NCBI RefSeq assembly: GCF_000146505.1
Contig: NC_017448.1
Location: 2,040,001 to 2,072,000 of the forward strand
Origin: Fibrobacter succinogenes subsp. succinogenes S85
GTDB lineage: Bacteria > Fibrobacterota > Fibrobacteria > Fibrobacterales > Fibrobacteraceae
Reading direction: 5' to 3'
DNA length: 32,000 bases
Part shown: in pieces, positions 1-7,294 of the stretch
Layout of the letters: each line of letters starts with the position of its first letter
How positions within the stretch are numbered: the first letter of the stretch is position 1
The notes under the pieces: model-generated
What the model saw: the letters and a program-made list of their open reading frames with translations, nothing else
Databases searched by the model: none
Told to the model about the DNA's origin: nothing
Made by a program: the position numbers and the translations under genes

Positions 1-2719
1 TCAGGTGGTCGTATAAATGCTGGTGCGTTTCGCAAGCATTCATGCCGAGGCGTCCCTTCATCGTGTTATCTGTAAAGATGCTCGTCTCGTAACTGGATTC
101 CAGTTTGTTATACGTGATATGTTCAATGATGACGGTCGCCTTCTGCTCGTTTATTAGGCGGCTTGCCTTGATGATAAACTCCTCGGGGTTTTCCTGGAAC
201 TGCTCAAAGACGGGCTTCTGGATTTTGCTCAGAATTTCGCCAACGGTCTTGCGGGTAAGTCCCGTATCTTCAACAATCTTTCCAATCAAGTCGTACTTGA
301 CGCTGGAATTTGCGGTGGCGACGGCAGCCCTAGACTCCGTAGTTTCCATCTTAAAGGCATTGCCCGCTTCCAGTTGTTCCTTGGACTTGATTTTGTCCAG
401 GGAACCCTGCGACACCCTGAAGAAAATCTTCGTCACGCGCAAGTTCGCATTCAGCGCGTCAACTGACTTACAGACAAGTTCATCCGTCTCAAAATCCACC
501 ACGTAAGCAGACTTCGCATTAATCTTCTGCCAAAGTTCCTTGAATTCCTTAGAATTGTACTTGCTCTTGTTCAGGCGCAGTTCCACATTGTTCTTGCGGG
601 CATCTTCGGGCTTAATCGCATCGGCATCGTAAAGCGTATCAAGTACATTGCAGATACTTGCGCAATAAGGAGCGACTTCTTCGCAAAGAGTCAGCGCACC
701 GGCAGCCTTGTCCGTGCGATACTTATCCGTCAATGCCCCCTTCTTCACATAGCCGCATTCTAGCAACGCGTCGTAAACCGTCTGCGCAAAGTCATCCGTT
801 ACAAACAACTTTTCGCCGGCTTCCGACGTAAACGACTTTCCCTTGAACAGGTCAATCGTCACCTTGATCGGGCGACTGCCAATCGTTTCCGCCATTTCGG
901 TTTGCAACGCCTTCGCAAAATCCTCGTAACTTTCGTTAGCGACAACCGTCAACACATTCACCGAATGCACGTCACCGCCCAAGACGCTCTCGTCCATGCG
1001 TTCGCCATTCTGGTTCACGCATAAACGCAACCCGCGGCCCACTTCTTGTCGCTTGCGGACTTCCGAAGCGCTGCTCTTGAGCGTGCAAATCTGGAACACG
1101 TTCTGGTTATCCCAACCTTCCTTCAATGCGGAATGGCTGAATATAAACCGCACCGGTTCTTCGCGCGAAAGCAAGCGTTCCTTGTCTTTCATGATCAAGT
1201 CATATGCGTCGATATCGTCGGAATCCGATGACCCGCGGGCGACCTTGCTATCTACAAAGCGACCGCCGCCCTTCTTGCTCTTGTCGATGGAGAAATACCC
1301 CGCATGCGCCTTGTGGGCATCCGTCTTTTCCAGAAATTCAAAATACTCCGGGCTCTCCAGCAAATCCTGCTGCATCGACTTGCGGATGGAATCGTATTCT
1401 TCTTCGAACATTCTGGCGTAAATGCCCATCTCGTCCGGAGCGTCGTAATCGCGATACTTTTTGACCTCGTCAATGAAGAACAGCGAAAGCACCTTGATGC
1501 CCTTGCCGAAAAGCGCCCGCTCGCGTTTGAAATGCGAAATAATCGTTTCGCGAATCTGAATGCGGCGCAACTGTTCTTCGTTCACCACGCCCACGCAGTC
1601 GCCGGCAAAAATCTTCTTGCCGTTCGTGAAAGTCACAGAAGAATCATTGCCGTTCACGTCGGTAATGGTATAGCCGTCCTTGTATTCTTCGAGACCGCCC
1701 GACTGTTCGTAAAGATTAAAACCCTTCGTGACGTGGGCCTTTTTCTTGAGCAGGCCGCCCTTGCCCTTGCAATCAAATTCAAGAGTCGCGACAGGAGCCT
1801 TGTCCGTAAACACCTGAACGCCTTCCAAGTACAAATAACCCTCGGTCGCCGTAGAACCGCTCACCGTAATGCCCTTGACGCTAATCTTCTTGACCAGGTG
1901 CTTGTTGTAGGCATCCATCGCATCGAGGCGGTAAACCATGTTGTAGATGGCGTCCTTGCGGTGCGTCGCCGAATAGCGTAAAGTCAACAGCGGCTGGAAT
2001 TCCGCCAGGCCCTCTTTCGTCTTCTTGCCCTCGACACTCTGCGGCTCGTCGATAATCAGAATCGGGTTCGTGCTCGCGATAACGTCTATCGGGCGGCGGC
2101 TGCGGAACTCGTCCAGCTTCATGCGGATACGGCGCGCGTCCTTGCCCGTAGCGTTGAACGCCTGCGAGTTAATAATCATCACGTTGATGTGACTGTCCGA
2201 CGCAAAGTGGTCTATCTCGGTCAGGTTCTGCGAATTGTAGATAAAGAACCGGATGGACTTGCCGTATTCTTCCAAAAAATGCTCCTGCATAATCTGGAAC
2301 GACTTATAGACGCCCTCGCGAATGGCTATACTCGGAACCACCACGATAAACTTGGTCCAGCCATAGGCGCGGTTCAGCTCGTACATCGTCTTGATGTAGG
2401 TGTAGGTCTTGCCCGTACCTGTTTCCATTTCGATGGTCAGGTTGTAATGGCCTTCCAGCTTGTCGGACTGCGGCAAAAGATTCGCCGACTGCACTGCCTG
2501 CAAGTTCGCAAGCACCTTGGAATCACTCAGCTCGGGCACCAGACGCTGGTTGCAAAAACCGGTCACGCCCCTCTGCGCAGGCACACTGCCGCCAAAGAGC
2601 TTGGTCGTACCCGAATCCATCAAGTAGCTCGATTCCAGGTAGGGTTGCCCCGCAAAAACATCGCAAACGGCCTTCGCGGCATCTGCCTGGAACTGCTGGT
2701 ACTTGAACTGGATTTTCAT
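1..2719 (-). CDS. res: Type III restriction-modification Res subunit (helicase/endonuclease), 3'-partial: C-terminus runs off the left window edge
   Basis: Not in the ORF track because no stop lies inside the window; I translated the minus strand by hand. ATG at 2719..2717 gives MKIQFKYQQFQADAAKAVCDVFAGQPY..., open to position 2. Helicase motif I IEMETGTGKTYTYIKTMYEL, motif II NPILIIDEPQS, motif VI RKRQEVGRGLRLCVNQ with FSHSALKEGWDNQNVFQI. This is the classic Type III Res pattern. The + strand ORFs here (996..1421, 1304..1981, 2189..2941) are antisense shadows. Confidence 0.85.
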   Translation of the reverse strand, partial: MKIQFKYQQFQADAAKAVCDVFAGQPYLESSYLMDSGTTKLFGGSVPAQRGVTGFCNQRLVPELSDSKVLANLQAVQSANLLPQSDKLEGHYNLTIEMETGTGKTYTYIKTMYELNRAYGWTKFIVVVPSIAIREGVYKSFQIMQEHFLEEYGKSIRFFIYNSQNLTEIDHFASDSHINVMIINSQAFNATGKDARRIRMKLDEFRSRRPIDVIASTNPILIIDEPQSVEGKKTKEGLAEFQPLLTLRYSATHRKDAIYNMVYRLDAMDAYNKHLVKKISVKGITVSGSTATEGYLYLEGVQVFTDKAPVATLEFDCKGKGGLLKKKAHVTKGFNLYEQSGGLEEYKDGYTITDVNGNDSSVTFTNGKKIFAGDCVGVVNEEQLRRIQIRETIISHFKRERALFGKGIKVLSLFFIDEVKKYRDYDAPDEMGIYARMFEEEYDSIRKSMQQDLLESPEYFEFLEKTDAHKAHAGYFSIDKSKKGGGRFVDSKVARGSSDSDDIDAYDLIMKDKERLLSREEPVRFIFSHSALKEGWDNQNVFQICTLKSSASEVRKRQEVGRGLRLCVNQNGERMDESVLGGDVHSVNVLTVVANESYEDFAKALQTEMAETIGSRPIKVTIDLFKGKSFTSEAGEKLFVTDDFAQTVYDALLECGYVKKGALTDKYRTDKAAGALTLCEEVAPYCASICNVLDTLYDADAIKPEDARKNNVELRLNKSKYNSKEFKELWQKINAKSAYVVDFETDELVCKSVDALNANLRVTKIFFRVSQGSLDKIKSKEQLEAGNAFKMETTESRAAVATANSSVKYDLIGKIVEDTGLTRKTVGEILSKIQKPVFEQFQENPEEFIIKASRLINEQKATVIIEHITYNKLESSYETSIFTDNTMKGRLGMNACETHQHLYDHL

Positions 2720-2728
2720 ATTGTAAAA

Positions 2729-2956
2729 TTAGGAATGTTTTGCAGAAAGTTCTGTTTCTTCAAGTATCTGCACAAGGACTTTGTAATCAAGATACTGGAT
2801 GCCTTCAACGCCCTCATGGATTTTATCGGCAAGCTTGCTCTGGTAATAAAGATCCATAGCTTCTTCCAGCGAACACTTACGCACCTGCGCCAAATACGCT
2901 ATAATCCGTTCTTCCAGACGTTCCTGATAAACCTTCTCTAGAACTTCGCCATCCAT
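2729..2956 (-). CDS. DUF3791-family small protein
   Basis: 75 aa. The helical pattern ...IIAYLAQVRKCSLEEAMDLYYQSKLADKI... resembles DUF3791, and it flanks a DUF3990 gene as that family usually does. Its stop is 9 nt upstream of the res ATG. Confidence 0.55.
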   Translation of the reverse strand: MDGEVLEKVYQERLEERIIAYLAQVRKCSLEEAMDLYYQSKLADKIHEGVEGIQYLDYKVLVQILEETELSAKHS

Positions 2957-2959
2957 AAG

Positions 2960-3439
2960 CTAAGCCTCTTCGCCAGAAACAAACGTCAGTAACGAATCAA
3001 TCGCTTTCTGCGTAATGAAGGCAATCTGATCGTAATGCGGATACACCTTGATTTCTCTCAAGGCGCGGTCTAAGTCCCAGATTCCAGAATGATACATGTC
3101 CACCACACGGAAAACCTTGTCATTCGCAACCTTGCCTACGATAACATCATAATCCTTGTAATCCAATGCCCCATCGCGGCACTTGCAGACAAAATTTATC
3201 CATTCGGTCAAATCTTCTGGAAAAGTCTTTACCGATAAATCGCTTGTAAAATCCGACATCTCGTAGATGTTCAGAACAGGACTCGCACCATCATAAATTT
3301 TTGACTTTCTTACGGCCCAGCGGATAGCCTGCTCGCGAACGGTAGTCACATAGAACCCCATCCCGAAATCAAGGGGCCTATAGGAATGGTTGATATCAGG
3401 CTTCTGCACAACCTGTATTGAGCCGTGGTAAACAATCAT
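2960..3439 (-). CDS. DUF3990-family protein
   Basis: 159 aa. The N-terminus MIVYHGSIQVVQKPDINHSYRPLDFGMGFYVTTVREQAIRWA matches the conserved DUF3990 start (hhYHGS...KPD...LDFGxGFYxT...QAxxWA). It overlaps the upstream DUF3791 gene by 4 nt. Confidence 0.65.
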   Translation of the reverse strand: MIVYHGSIQVVQKPDINHSYRPLDFGMGFYVTTVREQAIRWAVRKSKIYDGASPVLNIYEMSDFTSDLSVKTFPEDLTEWINFVCKCRDGALDYKDYDVIVGKVANDKVFRVVDMYHSGIWDLDRALREIKVYPHYDQIAFITQKAIDSLLTFVSGEEA

Positions 3440-3651
3440 ATAGCCACCTTGCGGACTTTCAAATATTCTTCGATATCGCTCACGACAAAATCAGTCCCTT
3501 GCGTGTGCATTATTTCGTAATTGGGGACAAGGAACTTTTGGATACAACCGGAATCCCTAAGTTTTTTATATACGGCGGACGGCAGCCGATTCCACTTGTT
3601 CGCGCAAGCGTGAATCATGTACACGACAAATTCGAAAGAATCCTGGATCAT
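3436..3651 (-). CDS. DUF3791-family small protein
   Basis: 71 aa. EFVVYMIHACANKWNRLPSAVYKKLRDSGCIQKFLVPNYEIMHTQGTDFVVSDIEEYL fits the DUF3791 pattern. It has a 4-nt overlap with the DUF3990 gene. Confidence 0.6.
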   Translation of the reverse strand: MIQDSFEFVVYMIHACANKWNRLPSAVYKKLRDSGCIQKFLVPNYEIMHTQGTDFVVSDIEEYLKVRKVAI

Positions 3652-3755
3652 AATGCCTCCGTATAATTTAAAAGATACTTATTTTTCATTAAAGAAGGTA
3701 ATATCCGCCGTTCTTTGGAGGTTTACGAACCCACATTTTCTCACGTTATGACGAA

Positions 3756-5981
3756 TCATCCTTTCTTCAAAAATTCAACACGCCATCCCAAATTCAGTGC
3801 ATCCGACAAGTCTTCCAATTGTTTCTTCTTGGTTTCTGTGCTACTATGAGTGTTTAGATAATACCCATCACCCATGGGAACTGAATTTGCATATTTGGAA
3901 CTGTGTTCTCCTTTTTTGAATAAAGGTTCACTATCTAGTACAGATAAATACTTTTGAGCATATTCACACATTTGTTTTTTATCAATGCTCCTTAGAATTT
4001 CTTCAAACGCTTCTATCAATGTGTCTTTTGCAGAATCATGTTGGATTGTCGAGCCATCTTTTTTATAAAGGATAATATTTGTTTTTTTACCCTTTGCGCC
4101 CACAGATCTTATCAGCGGCTTAGATACATTGACGCCAATGACATTAAAAGATTCCGGTTCATCAAAATCACCGTCATCAACGCCCCATATATCCAGCACT
4201 TCCTTTGTCAATGCTACCTGACGCTGGAGACATTGGTATTCATTCCATTCCTTGTGAGCATTGTAAACATTTTCGACAATATCGATAGAAGTAATGCTCA
4301 GTTCCGCATAAGCCTTGACACCCTTGCGTTTGGGCGAGCCTTCCATTTTCACTTTAAACTTATTATTCTGGATAGACGTATTCAGTTTGCTGGTCAAAAG
4401 CGTCATGTTGCCAATGGAATACACCATCTTTTGACGGTTAACCTTACCTTCGGCCTCATCAATTTTCTCGCCCTTGGCATTAACATACGGTACATCGCTC
4501 CAATTTTCCTCCCACTTTTGCGGTATGATATGTTCAAGCGTGTAATCGTATTTCAATTCCTTAAGATCATATTTTTTAGAATCGAAGCGGCGCTTGAGTT
4601 CAATCCAGAAAAGAATTAGAGTCGCTTCGCGGTTCTTTATTTTAGAAAGGCCGGTAAATACCTCGTCATTCGAGATAAGTTCTGCCATCTGGCATGGCTT
4701 CGTCTCGTCATCAATAAACTCAAGGCAATTCTTGTTGTACCCCTTTGTACTTTCTCCCGCAATCATTCTGCGCATAATGAATTTTTCCAATTCATTCATT
4801 CGCTGATTCAGTGTACCTTCGTCTTTTTCATACTTTTTCAGCAAGAATAGAATGTACGGATTAAAGGTTGTCAGACCAAGTACGTCCAGAATATGGAATA
4901 GGCGTTTGGCGCTATCTTCATAAGAATAACAAGTTGTCTTGCCCAATTCCGGGACATTGTCACGATATATCTGAGCATAATTAATGATTTTCCGGACAAA
5001 TTCCTTTACCTCTTTTTCTTTCATTTCTTCGATATACTTTTTGTAGAGGTCAGGAATATCCGTCAAGGTATGCTCGCTTGGGTCAAATATTTTTTCAATG
5101 ATCGCTACGGATTGTAGTAGGACTTCGCTGTTGTCACGCTGAATGCGACCGATGGTCCTTTTCTTGCCCCAATAATGCAGGGTCTCCTCGTCCTTGCAGA
5201 AAACATTTCCCCAAGTGTTATCGTAGAACTCAACGACATCTTCTTCTGTGCAAAATTCAAGAGCCTTTTGGAAGAGGGCGTTTTTCACGATGTCCGTAGA
5301 TGTCAGGCGCACACCCGCACTATTGATGGTATCGAATATCTGCTGTTCGTGGTCATCTTCGTCCAGGGCAATAACCACAATCATCTTGTTATTTTCGGAC
5401 AGCAGATTGTCAAAGATATCGCTCACGATATCAGGAGAGGATGTTTTTAATTGGTCGATGAAATATTTATAACAGCAGAGAATTTTGTGTGACGAATTGT
5501 CATCATCGACATCTAAATTTACGATTTCCGAATAGTCTATAGACGTGATTCCGTTGGCCTCTACACTTCCGATAACTTTTTCAAAATCCTGCCTATCTAC
5601 TTTTGAATGCTTGACTTTGATATGATAAGTCGAATCCGTCTTTTTCCTTTTGTAGAAAAGAGCGTTCCGCGCATCGTCAAGGACATTAGCCTTGATTTCA
5701 TCGCTGAAGGTATCGTATATAGCTTTTAGCAGAATGCTCAATGTGGTCAAGCGTTGCTGGCCGTCAATTACGCTTACACGCGTTGTTGCACCGAATACGG
5801 ACGAATCGTTGATCTTCTTGAGGATGATAGACCCAAGGAAGTGCCTGCGATTCACCTGTTTAAGATCATCCAAGAGTTCTTCCCAGTTGTCTTTTTTCCA
5901 CACGTAGGCTCGCTGGAAAAACGGAATTTCGAAAGTCTGGATTTCGTTCAAGAAGGAAAAGGATTTAGATTCTGCTTTCAT
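3756..5981 (-). CDS. GmrSD-like Type IV restriction enzyme (N-terminal DUF262 ParB-like NTPase + DUF1524 His-Me finger nuclease) with an extra C-terminal domain of about 150 aa
   Basis: 741 aa. DUF262 motifs FEIPFFQRAYVWKKDNW and VIDGQQRLTTLSILLKA. DUF1524 motifs YTLEHIIPQKW ... IGNMTLLTSKLNTSIQNNKF. The tail after about aa 590 matches nothing I recognise. Confidence 0.8.
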   Translation of the reverse strand: MKAESKSFSFLNEIQTFEIPFFQRAYVWKKDNWEELLDDLKQVNRRHFLGSIILKKINDSSVFGATTRVSVIDGQQRLTTLSILLKAIYDTFSDEIKANVLDDARNALFYKRKKTDSTYHIKVKHSKVDRQDFEKVIGSVEANGITSIDYSEIVNLDVDDDNSSHKILCCYKYFIDQLKTSSPDIVSDIFDNLLSENNKMIVVIALDEDDHEQQIFDTINSAGVRLTSTDIVKNALFQKALEFCTEEDVVEFYDNTWGNVFCKDEETLHYWGKKRTIGRIQRDNSEVLLQSVAIIEKIFDPSEHTLTDIPDLYKKYIEEMKEKEVKEFVRKIINYAQIYRDNVPELGKTTCYSYEDSAKRLFHILDVLGLTTFNPYILFLLKKYEKDEGTLNQRMNELEKFIMRRMIAGESTKGYNKNCLEFIDDETKPCQMAELISNDEVFTGLSKIKNREATLILFWIELKRRFDSKKYDLKELKYDYTLEHIIPQKWEENWSDVPYVNAKGEKIDEAEGKVNRQKMVYSIGNMTLLTSKLNTSIQNNKFKVKMEGSPKRKGVKAYAELSITSIDIVENVYNAHKEWNEYQCLQRQVALTKEVLDIWGVDDGDFDEPESFNVIGVNVSKPLIRSVGAKGKKTNIILYKKDGSTIQHDSAKDTLIEAFEEILRSIDKKQMCEYAQKYLSVLDSEPLFKKGEHSSKYANSVPMGDGYYLNTHSSTETKKKQLEDLSDALNLGWRVEFLKKG

Positions 5982-6138
5982 AGGGGTAAAAATACTTATT
6001 TATGACTGGAACGAAAGACTTCAAAACTCAATCCCTATATAGGATGAAGATTAGACACACCTTTATAGTGGCTCATTACACAAAACATGTCGAATTAAGT
6101 TAAATTTCGGCGTTTTATTCATTTTTTGAATAAATATA

Positions 6139-6167
6139 TTGACAAAACAACAAAAAAAACATATCAT
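6139..6167 (+). promoter_or_regulatory. Putative sigma70-type promoter for the + strand toxin/XRE pair
   Basis: TTGACA at 6139-6144, a 17-nt spacer, then TATCAT at 6162-6167. A 7-bp inverted repeat ttattca-N5-tgaataa (6115-6133) abuts the -35 and could be an operator. An AGGAG Shine-Dalgarno (6219-6223) lies 5 nt before the ATG at 6229. This is a sequence-pattern call only. Confidence 0.3.
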
Positions 6168-6277
6168 TATTCGCAAAACGAATAGCAACCACATTAAAGG
6201 ATTAACTTATGAAAATCTAGGAGAACATATGCCTTCCGCATGGACAATAAACAACGACGCCTCGTGCTTTTCTCGCA

Positions 6278-6610
6278 GTGCAGCAAAGAGCTTTTCAAAA
6301 GAATTACCCTCAAGAGTTTGTCAATATCATGGCAAACTTAGATAGATACAAAAGTGCTTTAGATTCTGGGATACACCCTGAGCAAATCAAAAAAGAAAAC
6401 ACTTTTGTCCATAACGAAGGAAAAGGAGTTGTGTCTATAACGCAACACCCCCTCCGTAAAGGAGCGCATCCTCTTAGACTGTACGTTTACCCTTGTTTGA
6501 CCACACACGTATTACACATTCTTTTTATAGGCGACAAACATCATCAAGAAAAAGACATCCAAACAATTCACAACTATGTGAAAAAGAACCTTCAAGAACC
6601 AAACGCTTAA
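6278..6610 (+). CDS. RelE/ParE-superfamily (HigB-like) toxin candidate; start uncertain, possibly frameshifted
   Basis: The C-terminal half ...HPLRLYVYPCLTTHVLHILFIGDKHHQEKDIQ resembles the RelE/ParE core (R-h-h-Y ... hhhhhh-G-x-R/K). It sits directly upstream of an XRE HTH gene, the toxin-first HigBA order. The track start at 6278 is GTG and the first in-frame ATG is 6328. A well-placed SD+ATG at 6229 is in the other frame (see findings). Confidence 0.45.
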   Translation: MQQRAFQKNYPQEFVNIMANLDRYKSALDSGIHPEQIKKENTFVHNEGKGVVSITQHPLRKGAHPLRLYVYPCLTTHVLHILFIGDKHHQEKDIQTIHNYVKKNLQEPNA

Positions 6611-6643
6611 AACATCACATACACCCTAACAAGGGAGACCGCT

Positions 6644-7294
6644 ATGGACAAGAAGATAACTTCAGTTTCGGAATTATTAAAGGATATGGGAATTGATGAC
6701 GACGCAAGAAAGGGCGTCGATAAAGAAATCGAAAATCACATTCTTGGCAAAAATCTGATGATTCTCCGCATGAAGAACAATCTTTCTCAAGCAGAAATGG
6801 CGAAAAAAATAGGTGTATCGCAACCCTGCATTTCCAGGCTTGAATACGCAAGCAATGACCAAATTAGACTTGGCGATTTGAATAAATATGTTGCTGCTTT
6901 GGGCTACGAAACAACGCTCATTATTTCCAAACCGCAGAACATCGCACAAAAAATCAAGAATACCTACAATCAGCTTTCTGCGTTACTAACAGAGTTGCAA
7001 AAATACGCAGTTGATGATGAGGCAATTCTTCAAGGCATCGCCAAATTCGAACTGGAAGCGACCCACAACATGCTCAATCTCGCTTCTGCATTAATAGAAA
7101 GCAGTTCTTCTAAATTGAAGAAGATTCATCCTCAACAAGAAACTCAAATTATTCTTGACGATTCAATAGTTGAAAGTAAAAAGAAAAATTTGGCATTTGC
7201 TCAAGTCAAGGAAGTCGGCGGAATGGCCGACTTTTTGATTCTATTACAATTCATTTTTACGTTGCAAAAGACCACCCATCGTCTCTATTTTTAA
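6644..7294 (+). CDS. XRE-family helix-turn-helix protein (antitoxin/regulator) with a helical C-terminal extension of about 120 aa
   Basis: 216 aa. HTH LSQAEMAKKIGVSQPCISRLEYASN. GGGAG lies upstream of the ATG at 6644. The 3' end overlaps the convergent 905-aa gene by 51 nt. Confidence 0.75.
   Translation: MDKKITSVSELLKDMGIDDDARKGVDKEIENHILGKNLMILRMKNNLSQAEMAKKIGVSQPCISRLEYASNDQIRLGDLNKYVAALGYETTLIISKPQNIAQKIKNTYNQLSALLTELQKYAVDDEAILQGIAKFELEATHNMLNLASALIESSSSKLKKIHPQQETQIILDDSIVESKKKNLAFAQVKEVGGMADFLILLQFIFTLQKTTHRLYF

Noticed and set aside
2714-2721. The 8-mer tttcatat occurs at the res start (2714-2721) and at the RT start (12477-12484). It could be a target-site duplication flanking the 9.8-kb insert.
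   Set aside because: The 8-mer is just a start codon plus an AAA second codon and an AT-rich leader. A chance match in this context is likely, and the insert is itself composite.
996-2941. Long + strand ORFs in the track (996..1421, 1304..1981, 2189..2941), with similar ones at 13686..14606, 17747..18685, 21816..22670, 22761..23675, 23964..24278, 24444..24860 and the minus ORF 27309..28328.
   Set aside because: All lie antisense to ORFs with clear family motifs (res, mod, ATPase, SNF2, SGNH hydrolase). Their translations are Arg/Leu/Val-rich with no motif. They are typical shadow ORFs of GC-rich coding DNA.
6034-6043. The 10-bp perfect palindrome cctatatagg in the divergent spacer between the GmrSD-like gene and the toxin gene.
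   Set aside because: It is too short and AT-rich to be significant on its own. I note it only as a candidate operator to test with the XRE protein.
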